Assembly: GCA_018304465.1 (NCBI GenBank)
Contig: JAGVWC010000010.1
Coordinates: 243,473-307,472 of the forward strand
Origin: Candidatus Iainarchaeum sp.
Lineage (GTDB): Archaea > Iainarchaeota > Iainarchaeia > Iainarchaeales > JAGVWC01
Reading direction: 5' to 3'
Length of the DNA stretch: 64,000 nucleotides
The notes below the pieces were generated by a model. It was not told the DNA's origin, did not search any database, and saw nothing but the letters and a program-made list of their open reading frames with translations. The position numbers were made by a program, and so were the translations under genes. This document shows positions 39,332-48,532 of the stretch, one piece after another (position 1 is the stretch's first letter; every line of letters begins with the position of its first letter).

Positions 39332-39744
39332 GTTGATTCAACCCCTCATTGGCAAAACATTTATCGCATGGTCCTGACAAAAAAAGCAAATACATTCTTT
39401 CTTTTCGCACCTTTTTTGCAGTACAATCGCCTCATACGGTGATCATGCTACTGCTATATATGCTGCCTTTGTAGAATAAAAACGTATCTCGCAAAAACAA
39501 TTGGAAAAACACGAGTATACATAATGGTTTTTTCGTCCAAAAATGATCTTGGCCCAACTCACAACCAAATGGAACCTGCTACATAACTCAGGGTTGTGTT
39601 AAAATCCAACCCCCTAAAACAACCGGTTACGACTCCGCGTTCTTAACCCCCCAACAAGCGCGGTTTCAGAGCGGTGGAAAGATACTTTCACGAAATTCGT
39701 CGATGGAACACGGTGAAAAGAAAAGAAAAAGAAGAATAAATTCT

Positions 39745-39978
39745 TTACGGGTTGATCAACAACACGTTGTCGCCGCGCAGAACCAGTTTTCCGTACTTGG
39801 TTTTGGTGCGCCCTTCTTCCAGTTCTTCCGCTTCCGAAAGCACCAGGTTCATATGAACGTCGAAAGCCCGCAACGTGCCGTGAAACGAAACGTTTCCCTT
39901 TAACACGACGAGCACCGGTTTTCCGATCGATTCGTTAAGCAAATCGAACGGACGATTAACAGCTGATTCATGCGCCAT
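39745..39978 (-). CDS. Sm/Lsm small nuclear ribonucleoprotein-like protein
   Basis: RPFD, G.L.AFDVHMNLVL, LRGDNV. Confidence 0.95.
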   Translation of the reverse strand: MAHESAVNRPFDLLNESIGKPVLVVLKGNVSFHGTLRAFDVHMNLVLSEAEELEEGRTKTKYGKLVLRGDNVLLINP

Positions 39979-40002
39979 AATGGAAATCCCCCATAAAACT
40001 AA

Positions 40003-42198
40003 TTACTTTCGTCTAAATAAGGATAAGAGCGAATTAAAAAACCCACTGAGACCACCGGTTTTTTTGGTTTCTTCCACGATCTTGGTTCCCACCAACCGCG
40101 CGGCCACGCCTTTAATGGCTTTGGATGCCGGAGAATTCGGAACGCGCAAAACAACGGGCGACACTTTTTCCTGCATAAACGACTTTCGCACTTCCGGATC
40201 AAACGGAATCACGCCAAAACTCGGAAGCTCCAGCACTTTTTGAATGTCCTGCGACTGAATCTCGCCTTTTTGACCATACACGAAATTAATCACGACTCCG
40301 ATCGGTTTTACGCCCAAACGCTCGGACATGGTTTTGGTTTTCACCGCGTCCGCAATCGAAGGCGACTCCGGCATCGTCACCAGCAACACTTCTTCGCTTG
40401 CCGACAACGCCGCCAACACGTTTTTTTCGATTCCTGCAGGCGCGTCCAGCAACACGAAATCAAACCGCGACTTGATCGAACGAATCACGCTTTCAAGGCG
40501 CTCGGAATCCACGCGCCGATAACTTTCAAGGCTTAAACCGCTTGGAATAAACTTAACTCCCGCCGGACCGTCATACAACGCGTCTTCCACCGACGCTTCG
40601 CCAAGCAACACGTCTTGTAACGTAATCGGAGACGACTGCATCCCCAGCAACAAAGACAAATTCGCCATGGCAATATCGGCGTCCACCAAGCACACGGAGT
40701 AACCCATTTGCGCCAAAGCGATTCCCAGATTCGCAGTGATCGTGGTGTTTGAAACCACGATTCCCGAAGCAAGAACAAAATGACCACCGAGTTCGCTCAC
40801 TTGGAAATCGTACACATACGGCCAATCGTATTGCTTTCGTTCCACCGATTCCACGCGACGAAAACCCATGGGACCTGAAATCAGGGTCTCTAACCAGAAA
40901 ATCGAGGCATGGACGATTCCAAGGGATTCATAGACATCCAAATACCGTCGAATCGTTTCACGCGAAAGCGCATAGTACTCCCATTCGTATTCGTAAACCA
41001 TTTGCTTTGAACAACCCAATCGTTTTCCAAGTTCGACCGCGGTCAGTTTCGCGTCGGTTCGGATTTTTTTCACTATTTTTCCAACGGGAAAGACATCCAC
41101 GTTCGTATTGAACGGCTTTCCATCCAGAATGCGGTTTTTTAACCGATTCTGTTTATCGGGATGACCAAAACCGATTTTTTCGGCAAAACGACAACAGTTC
41201 TTTCCGCGGATGCTCAATTGCCAGTAAGACGCTTTTTCGGTTTTTTTTCCGTTGGTTGCCCGCTTGAAGGTTTCCCGAACATCCGAAAAAACGCCAAAAC
41301 GAGTTCGTAGCAAGGAAGCCACCTGCAATACCAATCGCTTAGACTTCGAATCAAACTGAATTTCCCGTTCCCGATTGCTAACGGTTCCATCCGTATCAAA
41401 CAACGCGGAAATAAACGCGGCCACGGATTCATTATCGGAATAAAAAATCGCCAACGGAACCTCTTTTCCGGCCGCGGTCGAAACTTTCACGCCGTACTTT
41501 TCATACAATGCTTTCACTTGCGCTTGCCTGAAAAAAGAAATCCGATGCAAATTCCGGTTAACCAATTCGGAATATTTTCCGAAAACAGAAACAAAAGAAG
41601 AACGAACCAAAGGCAAAAAACTTCCGGGAGCGCAAAACACGTGGACCTTATAATCCTCCATGTAGCCATCGCCCATTACGAAACCCAGCCATTGCGCGAT
41701 GTTTTTTGGAACTCCATTCGAAGCCGTTACGTTGCGTTCTTTTCCAAAAACCAAAAGAAAATCCGTTTTCGGAACCATCTGATCCGCGCGCACTTTCCGA
41801 AGCTGGCCATTGCGCATGACAATAAACTCGTGCTCTGGCGTTACCGAAATCGAACCGGAAGAAGAAAAAACTTCAAGCAATTCGTTCGGAGCCGGTTTTC
41901 GCATCAAACACACCGGTTTTTTTTCCGTGTGACACAGCTTTTGACTCGCCGCTTCAAAAACAAAAGAATCCAACACCAGATCAGCGGGAGTTTCGATCAC
42001 TTCAAAGGATTCTTCTTTTCCTTCAACCGTTTTGACGATGATTTTTTTTACGGCCGCGGAATTCGTTTCAATCAAATCATCAATAAAAGGCCCGATCTGA
42101 ATTATTTGTCCATCCGCAAGGCTCACGTATTCGTCAAACGCCAGGCTTTTTCCAACGCCGCCTTTTCCCGAAGCAATCGTAATCGCGCGCATGTTCAT
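40003..42198 (-). CDS. minD: MinD-family ATPase containing an intein
   Basis: SGKGGVGK|intein|TTITANLG, VDADIAMANL, DAPAG, C-terminal amphipathic helix GFFNSLLSLFRRK. Confidence 0.9.
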   Translation of the reverse strand: MNMRAITIASGKGGVGKSLAFDEYVSLADGQIIQIGPFIDDLIETNSAAVKKIIVKTVEGKEESFEVIETPADLVLDSFVFEAASQKLCHTEKKPVCLMRKPAPNELLEVFSSSGSISVTPEHEFIVMRNGQLRKVRADQMVPKTDFLLVFGKERNVTASNGVPKNIAQWLGFVMGDGYMEDYKVHVFCAPGSFLPLVRSSFVSVFGKYSELVNRNLHRISFFRQAQVKALYEKYGVKVSTAAGKEVPLAIFYSDNESVAAFISALFDTDGTVSNREREIQFDSKSKRLVLQVASLLRTRFGVFSDVRETFKRATNGKKTEKASYWQLSIRGKNCCRFAEKIGFGHPDKQNRLKNRILDGKPFNTNVDVFPVGKIVKKIRTDAKLTAVELGKRLGCSKQMVYEYEWEYYALSRETIRRYLDVYESLGIVHASIFWLETLISGPMGFRRVESVERKQYDWPYVYDFQVSELGGHFVLASGIVVSNTTITANLGIALAQMGYSVCLVDADIAMANLSLLLGMQSSPITLQDVLLGEASVEDALYDGPAGVKFIPSGLSLESYRRVDSERLESVIRSIKSRFDFVLLDAPAGIEKNVLAALSASEEVLLVTMPESPSIADAVKTKTMSERLGVKPIGVVINFVYGQKGEIQSQDIQKVLELPSFGVIPFDPEVRKSFMQEKVSPVVLRVPNSPASKAIKGVAARLVGTKIVEETKKTGGLSGFFNSLLSLFRRK
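40747..42147 (-). mobile_element. Intein (467 aa) with LAGLIDADG endonuclease and HTH
   Basis: Starts SLAFDE; block B TPEH; WLGFVMGDG and ALFDTDG; ends YVYDF..VVSN followed by Thr. Confidence 0.9.
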
Positions 42199-42695
42199 CC
42201 CTTGGCCGGGGCATCCGCTTCTTTTTTGGCCCGGATCAAAAATTCTTCCACTTCGTTTGAAATCGCCCGCAATTCAATCGTCGTCAAATGCATCGGCGCC
42301 TTGATAATAAAAATTTTCGAATTATATTTGAACAGCATGTTCCAACTCGGGGACGCCTTGATCAGCACCACTTCGCTTTTCGGAATCTCCGACTGGACAT
42401 AATTGAACAACGCGCTTGCCGTGATGACTTCACTGGCACCGTTTCCCGTCGAACTGGCCAATAACGATCCGTTGGTTTGTGAAATCGAAATCGAATCTAC
42501 GATGTGTTTTCGGCGCAACCCTTCCACGAGTTCTTTCAAGTCGCTTGGCGCCTGATTGAATGCCTGCCGCGCAAGCAAATCCTGCAACGCCACCAAATGC
42601 TCTTGCGGCACGCGGGTGTCATCCATGTCCAACACGGTTTGGGCGAATCCGCGCAACGCATTTCCAATGAATTGTCGAACACCCATGACGATCAC
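42195..42695 (-). CDS. Roadblock/LC7-like hypothetical protein
   Basis: VDSISISQTNGSLLASS..SALFNYV pattern; coupled to minD. Confidence 0.5.
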   Translation of the reverse strand: MIVMGVRQFIGNALRGFAQTVLDMDDTRVPQEHLVALQDLLARQAFNQAPSDLKELVEGLRRKHIVDSISISQTNGSLLASSTGNGASEVITASALFNYVQSEIPKSEVVLIKASPSWNMLFKYNSKIFIIKAPMHLTTIELRAISNEVEEFLIRAKKEADAPAKG

Positions 42696-42864
42696 TCAAT
42701 TTACCTAATAGAGTTTTTGAATAAGAACAATAAAGACATTGAAGGTATTTAAAGCTTGGTTTTCCGTTCAAGAAAACGGAAAAAACACCCCGTCACGAAG
42801 AGGATTCCGACCACCCAATCCAATCGCCGGTTTTAGGCCATTTGGACAAAAAAAGACCCGGGTC

Positions 42865-43365
42865 CTATTTGAACAGTTCACCCAGCTCGATTTTTTTCAA
42901 CACTTCGAACTTTCTGGAATCCGCGGCCGCCGGACGGGATTCCTTGGGAATCAGCTTTTGAACCAGCTCCGCCGAATACCTCTTGGCCACCAAGGAACGC
43001 AACCCCGAACCCGGATCCTCCACCCCGATTTTTTCTTCCAACGCCAAAATCAATTCGACTTGCTGGCGCGACAAACCATACACATCCACGATTCCGTTTG
43101 GCGCCGCCAGCGCGTTGAAAAACAACTGTAACCCCGTCTGTGCATACGAAATAATGTCAAACGCGTCCAGCGAATACGCGCACGCGACCACTTTGCCTTC
43201 GAGCAAAAACAACAATCCTTCCTCAACCCCGCTGGCACCTTCAATGGTTGCAACCAAATAACCCGAAAACTTCTGTTTTTGCAATTCGAACACGCGCTCC
43301 GCGTCAAACTGGGACAACGGCGCCAAATGAACGACTGCATCCCCCACCGGAAAATTCAATACCAT
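42865..43365 (-). CDS. DUF2226-like protein
   Basis: FSGYL..G.EEG.L...G.VV..A..G.VDVY.L pattern. Confidence 0.6.
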   Translation of the reverse strand: MVLNFPVGDAVVHLAPLSQFDAERVFELQKQKFSGYLVATIEGASGVEEGLLFLLEGKVVACAYSLDAFDIISYAQTGLQLFFNALAAPNGIVDVYGLSRQQVELILALEEKIGVEDPGSGLRSLVAKRYSAELVQKLIPKESRPAAADSRKFEVLKKIELGELFK

Positions 43366-43369
43366 GACA

Positions 43370-43843
43370 TCACTTGGTTTTCTTCAAAATCACGACGAAA
43401 TCCGACGTGTTCTTTAGCGACGCGGCACTTGCTTCGTCCGCCAAACACACCACTGTGTCTTTTCCATACCGCTTGGCTTTCACGATCGCGGGCCAAAAAT
43501 CCGCGTCCCGTGACACGAACGCGATCACGCCGATATTGGGATTAAAAATCGCTTCCACGGCCTCGACCGCCATGGCCACGTCAATATCTCCCACCGTAAT
43601 GATCGATTCGAAACCCTGGTTCACCACGGCTTCCACGAGCTTTTCGGACGCAAACTGGTTCAAAAAAACTTTTCCGATCTTGATCTGCCCAAACGGCGCC
43701 AACGCCGCTTTCACGTCTTTAAGATCGATTCCAAGCTCTTTTCGCAAAATATTCGGACCGTCCACGAACACCGCAATGTTCTTGGCGGCTTTTTTCTTTT
43801 CTTTTTCCTTTCCGCCAACCCGTTGGCGCAATCCTTCCAGCAT
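43370..43843 (-). CDS. NYN/LabA-DUF88 (TIGR00288) PIN-fold protein
   Basis: FVDGPNILRKE, GDIDV, SRDADF, SD F. Confidence 0.9.
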   Translation of the reverse strand: MLEGLRQRVGGKEKEKKKAAKNIAVFVDGPNILRKELGIDLKDVKAALAPFGQIKIGKVFLNQFASEKLVEAVVNQGFESIITVGDIDVAMAVEAVEAIFNPNIGVIAFVSRDADFWPAIVKAKRYGKDTVVCLADEASAASLKNTSDFVVILKKTK

Positions 43844-43988
43844 CGCAAAACCCCACTAATAAACGCTGTTTTAGATTTTAAAGCTGCTGTCGAAGCCGCC
43901 CAAAAAGGTATTTAAACCCGATTACGGAGAAATAGGTAAACGCTTACTTAAAAAAAAAAACCAATTCTGTTTAGAGGACTGATCGTTC

Positions 43989-44384
43989 ATGGAAAAAAAA
44001 TTCGTCAAAGTCGGACAACTCAAAGAAGGCGGATACCTATTGATTGAAGGAATCGCCTGTCAAATCAAAAGCATTGAAAAATCAAAACCCGGAAAACACG
44101 GCGCCGCCAAAGCGCGTATCACCGCGGTCGGATTATTCAACAACCAGAAAAAAACCGCTTTAATGGGAACCACCGACGAAGGCGAAGTCCCCATTGTATT
44201 ACGCGGAAACGCACAAGTCAACGCCGTCATGGGCGACCTCTTGAATCTCATGGACATGGAATCGTTCGAAATCTTTGACGCGTCAAAACCCAAAGACGTC
44301 ACCGGCATCAAACAAGGCGACGAAGTCGAATACATGAAACTGGACGACCAGGTACGCGTATTGCGACGAAAAGGCGCGGAATAA
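43989..44384 (+). CDS. eif5a: Translation factor aIF5A
   Basis: Hypusine motif KPGKHGAAK. Confidence 0.96.
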   Translation: MEKKFVKVGQLKEGGYLLIEGIACQIKSIEKSKPGKHGAAKARITAVGLFNNQKKTALMGTTDEGEVPIVLRGNAQVNAVMGDLLNLMDMESFEIFDASKPKDVTGIKQGDEVEYMKLDDQVRVLRRKGAE

Positions 44385-44489
44385 ATCAATTCAATCCAGG
44401 ACCCGGTGAAAGAATCCCGGGGCCTTTGAAACCTTTTTTTAAATACCCTAATCATTAAATCCGCCAACGCATATCAAAATACATACCCT

Positions 44490-45176
44490 ATGCCGCACCC
44501 CAAAAAAAGACAGCAACAAATCCACTCTCGACAGCAACGCCGACAAAAACGCGGACAATGGCTGAAGCTTTCCGCCAAAGAACGCGAAGAGGTTAGATTC
44601 CAACGCGAATATTATCCCAAGATTTCCGATTACCTTCAACCCGACCAACGGTCAATATTTGGCGTAAGCGATTTGCACGAACACGATTTTTTGGAGGCCG
44701 TTGTAAGTCAACGCCAAAAAAAACCCAACGAACCCATCCACGTGCTAAACGAAGGCGCGGGAAGAAGCACTTTTTCCGCAGAACTCAAACAGTTGGCGAA
44801 CCTGTTCCAGATCCCGGTCCAAGTAACCGAAACGGACCTGCGACCGCTTTTTCGCGCGACCAAAAACGTGTCCCCCGAAGAAATCGTTTCCAAATTCGGA
44901 AAAAAAAAATTCCAGGTGATCGTTTCCACTTTCGGAGGATTCAATTATACCCGCGCGAACCGCCGACACGCCCTCGTGAACTTCATCCAAGCGCTTTCGC
45001 CAGGGGGACTTGCCAGCATCGTTTTTATGCACCAGCACTTGGCCGCGGTGTCCGCGGAAGTCCGACAAGTCCAAAAACGGTTTCCAGAAATTTCCTTTGA
45101 AATAAAACAAAACCGCCGGATCCATGCCGCGTACATCCTAACGATGCGAAAACCCGCCAGTTCACCCAACATCTAA
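44490..45176 (+). CDS. Class I SAM-methyltransferase-like protein with basic N-terminus (paralog A)
   Basis: VLNEGAG, TDL, FQVIVSTFG, LSPGG. Confidence 0.6.
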   Translation: MPHPKKRQQQIHSRQQRRQKRGQWLKLSAKEREEVRFQREYYPKISDYLQPDQRSIFGVSDLHEHDFLEAVVSQRQKKPNEPIHVLNEGAGRSTFSAELKQLANLFQIPVQVTETDLRPLFRATKNVSPEEIVSKFGKKKFQVIVSTFGGFNYTRANRRHALVNFIQALSPGGLASIVFMHQHLAAVSAEVRQVQKRFPEISFEIKQNRRIHAAYILTMRKPASSPNI

Positions 45177-45248
45177 GAACTCTAAATACGCGCGAAAAAA
45201 AGGGACGACACGAATAAATAATCCCCTTTCATTGGTATATCGGATTTC

Positions 45249-45920
45249 ATGCCACAACCCAAAAAAAGAACCGCGTTGATTCAACGCCGCCAAAACCAAC
45301 GGAAAAAACAAAGCCGCTTGCTAAAACTGTCCGAGTATGATCGAAAACTGATTTTGCAAGAACGGCGGTTTCACCAGTTGGATCCCGTGCCCAACATATA
45401 TACTACGCAGGAACGCACGCTTCGACAGGTGAACAAAGAACACGGAAAAAACTTTTCCGAAATCGTCCGAAAACTCGCAAAAAAATTCCCGAAACGACCC
45501 GTCGAAATTCTGGACGAAGGCACCGGACACAGTAAATTCCTCCAAGAGCTCGCACAACAACACCGCATGCCCAGCATGCGTTTTACCACAACCGACATTC
45601 GAGACATTGGAAAACCCGTCCACGACGCCGCTCCCGAAGAACTGGTGGCAAAATTCGGAAAAAACCGCTTTCATTTAATCGTTTCCACGTGGGGCGGAAC
45701 CCATTTTTCGCCGGTTCGAAAAGAAAAAGCCCTCGTGAACATCATTGCAAGCCTGGTTTCCGGCGGAATGGCCAGCGTCTGCGTTTCAAACGAAAGCGAC
45801 GACAACAACCCCGTTCGAATCGCCCAAAAACTCGCGCGAAAACTCAAAAACGTTTCGATCCGCGTCGAACCCCAGTACCGCGACCCGCGATACCGCGTGC
45901 TTTCGATTCACAAAAGATAA
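45249..45920 (+). CDS. Class I SAM-methyltransferase-like protein with basic N-terminus (paralog B)
   Basis: ILDEGTG, TDI, FHLIVSTWG, LVSGG; tandem paralog of A. Confidence 0.6.
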   Translation: MPQPKKRTALIQRRQNQRKKQSRLLKLSEYDRKLILQERRFHQLDPVPNIYTTQERTLRQVNKEHGKNFSEIVRKLAKKFPKRPVEILDEGTGHSKFLQELAQQHRMPSMRFTTTDIRDIGKPVHDAAPEELVAKFGKNRFHLIVSTWGGTHFSPVRKEKALVNIIASLVSGGMASVCVSNESDDNNPVRIAQKLARKLKNVSIRVEPQYRDPRYRVLSIHKR

Positions 45921-45947
45921 AACACATTTTGGAACGGCTTTGAAAGC

Positions 45948-48119
45948 TTACAAAAGACGGAATTTTCCGCCGCAAAATTTCGTGACCAGTTCCCCGATTT
46001 CGTTTGCGGCTTTTTGCAGCAATTCATCGGAAGTTTCCCGGTTTCCCTGCACGTAAAACACCAGGTGTTTGGTTGCCTCCTTGACTTTGGTGGCATCGCA
46101 TTGTTTTTCATCCAACCGACAAACGATTTGAGACGCGTCAAGCACCGCGAATTCCCCCGCTTTGACGGGTTTGAGTTGACGTTCCCCCAACGGAACAAAC
46201 CGTTCTTTTCCCGAGGTAATCGCAAAACGCAAGTCGCCTTGCACCCGATCGATGTCATGACAACCCACGACCAAACCGTATTTGAGCGAAACCACGTTGT
46301 ACGCGTCCACCGCGGTGTTGATCTGCGGCAACTGACCGGAACGCATGACCAGTTCATCCAGATTCTCAACGGAATTCGTCACGTTTTTGACATTCAGTTT
46401 TTTGTACACGTCAAAATATCCTTTTCGAATCAATTGACGCGTTTTTGCTTCTTTTCCAGAACCCGAAATCGCGGGAAGCGTTTCTCCCGCGGTTCGCTCT
46501 TTTAATTTTTCCAAACCTTCGTGTTTTTTCTTAATCGAAACGTTTTCCACAACACCGGAAACGATTTTCAAACCAAGGTCCGACACCTGCAAATCCACGA
46601 CCACCGAAATTTTGCGGGCTTTGGGTTCTGGTTTTTCCTGTTTTTTGAATTCAAGCTTCGGAAACAAAATCCGCGGATTCGACACCACGACTTTTTCAAG
46701 CAGTCCCGGTTTGCAATCCTTCAAAAACCCTTTTGAAAAACCGAACTGGGAATTTATTTTTTCGCACGTGGACGGAACCACGGGTTCCAGCAAAATCGCG
46801 CTGATCCGAAGACAATCCGCCAGATTATACAAAACTTTTTCGGCTTCTTTCCCCTCAAGTCCCCAAGGCTTTTGATCGTTGACAAACTTGTTTCCGGCGC
46901 CGATGAACGCGAATATTTCCTCAAGCGCGCGGTTAAACTGGAACGAATCGTACGAATCCGAAATCTTGTCCAGATTCAACGCCTTGAATAACGTCGGATC
47001 TGTTTTTTGCTTCGAAAGAGATCCGTTGCATTTTTTTTCGATCAACGCGCTCACGCGGCTGGCAAGGTTTCCAAGTTCGTTGGCAAGTTCGTTGTTATGG
47101 CGCTGCACAAGCGATTCTTCGGAAAACTGACCGTCAAATCCGAATGGGATTTCGCGCAGGAAAAAATATCGGACAGAGTCCGCACCGAATTTTTCAGATA
47201 AGTAATGCGGATCGATTACATTTCCCGCGACTTTGGACATCTTGTCACCGGCGTCGGTGTTGATGAAGCCATGCGAAACCACGCGCGGCAATTCGATTCC
47301 CGCCGACAAAAGAATAGACCACCAAATCACCGTATGGTGCCACACAATATCGCGTCCGATGACATGCGCGTCCGCCGGCCAAAAATCATTATACTTCTTG
47401 TTGGGATAATCCACTGTCGAGAGATAGTTGATGAGCGCGTCCATCCACACAAAAAAAATGTGTTTGGAATCGATCGGAAAAGGAATCCCCCACTTTAATT
47501 TCGAACGACTGACGCTTAAGTCGCGTAAAGGCCGGCGCAAACGGTTAAGCATTTCTTTCCGACGCTCAACAGGCACCAACAGAGCTTTTTTTTCCAAAAG
47601 TTCCAAAAGCTTCGGTTGATATTTGCTCATTTTAAAAAAATACGATTCCTCTTTCATCAACCGAAGCGGCGAATGATGCACAGGACAATTAACACCGTCT
47701 TCGGCTTCGGTTTCCGTGTAAAAGCTCTCGCAATCCACGCAATACAACCCCTCGTATTCGCCCTTGTAAATGTCGCCTTTTTCGTTCACGCGCTTGAAAA
47801 TCTCTCGAACCACTTTTTTATGCCGCTCTTCGGTGGTCTTGATAAAATCGTCAAACGAAATATTGTAGTCCGAACAAAGCTTTCGATACAGCGGTTCCAT
47901 TGCATTAACGAATTCCTGCGGCGATTTTCCTGCTGCTTCCGCTTTTTCGGCAATTTTTTGGCCATGGCAATCAAGGCCAGTCGAGAAATGGACTTTTTCG
48001 CCTTTCAAGCGATGCCAGCGCGCCATCGCATCCGCGCAAATCTTTTCGTACAGATGGCCTGCGTGCGGAGGAGCGCTGGGATAATCAATGGCAGTGCTGA
48101 CAAAGAACTTTTTTCCCAA
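45948..48119 (-). CDS. metG: Methionyl-tRNA synthetase with C-terminal B3/4 domain
   Basis: HAGH, GLDCHGQK, CVDC..CPVH knuckle, WMDALINY, KMSKV; C-terminal INTAVDAYNVVSLKY..HD. Confidence 0.92.
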   Translation of the reverse strand: MGKKFFVSTAIDYPSAPPHAGHLYEKICADAMARWHRLKGEKVHFSTGLDCHGQKIAEKAEAAGKSPQEFVNAMEPLYRKLCSDYNISFDDFIKTTEERHKKVVREIFKRVNEKGDIYKGEYEGLYCVDCESFYTETEAEDGVNCPVHHSPLRLMKEESYFFKMSKYQPKLLELLEKKALLVPVERRKEMLNRLRRPLRDLSVSRSKLKWGIPFPIDSKHIFFVWMDALINYLSTVDYPNKKYNDFWPADAHVIGRDIVWHHTVIWWSILLSAGIELPRVVSHGFINTDAGDKMSKVAGNVIDPHYLSEKFGADSVRYFFLREIPFGFDGQFSEESLVQRHNNELANELGNLASRVSALIEKKCNGSLSKQKTDPTLFKALNLDKISDSYDSFQFNRALEEIFAFIGAGNKFVNDQKPWGLEGKEAEKVLYNLADCLRISAILLEPVVPSTCEKINSQFGFSKGFLKDCKPGLLEKVVVSNPRILFPKLEFKKQEKPEPKARKISVVVDLQVSDLGLKIVSGVVENVSIKKKHEGLEKLKERTAGETLPAISGSGKEAKTRQLIRKGYFDVYKKLNVKNVTNSVENLDELVMRSGQLPQINTAVDAYNVVSLKYGLVVGCHDIDRVQGDLRFAITSGKERFVPLGERQLKPVKAGEFAVLDASQIVCRLDEKQCDATKVKEATKHLVFYVQGNRETSDELLQKAANEIGELVTKFCGGKFRLL

Positions 48120-48532
48120 GAAACAAACACCCTGAATAGTATACCACTTATCGCCCTGAAGATTTAAAATAGTGATTTACACCAGTAAAACCCGTCTTTC
48201 ACTCCAACGGATTTCGGCACGTGATTCGACTAGGCGCATGCAAACACGCCCCTTGACGGCGATGAAACCCGCCGCGCTTTAATCAAATATCTTTTTGATA
48301 GTTTGAAAACCAAAAACGATTCCATCAAAACGCCACGGCCCCACTACATGAACATCCGGACAAAAAAACAATACTTTGGAATCCGAACTCCATTTCATTA
48401 AATAAATCAACACTGAAAGTATTACACGAAAAACAAGCCGCTTATTCGGGGGAAAAACACGGCAAACAAGGGGTTTTCACCGGCAAAACAGCAAAACGCG
48501 TTTCTTAAACCGGCTTAGCCAATACTCTGTCT

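Noticed and set aside
39377-39436. Short basic ORF (MRRLYCKKGAKRK...) considered as rpl37e or a CopG-type regulator upstream of ftsZ
   Set aside because: Only ~24 aa; lacks the L37e CxxC pairs and any RHH pattern
48120-48532. 410-nt spacer between metG and mcm as a replication origin or ncRNA
   Set aside because: No repeated ORB-like motif, no adjacent cdc6 and no clear stable structure; divergent promoters explain it
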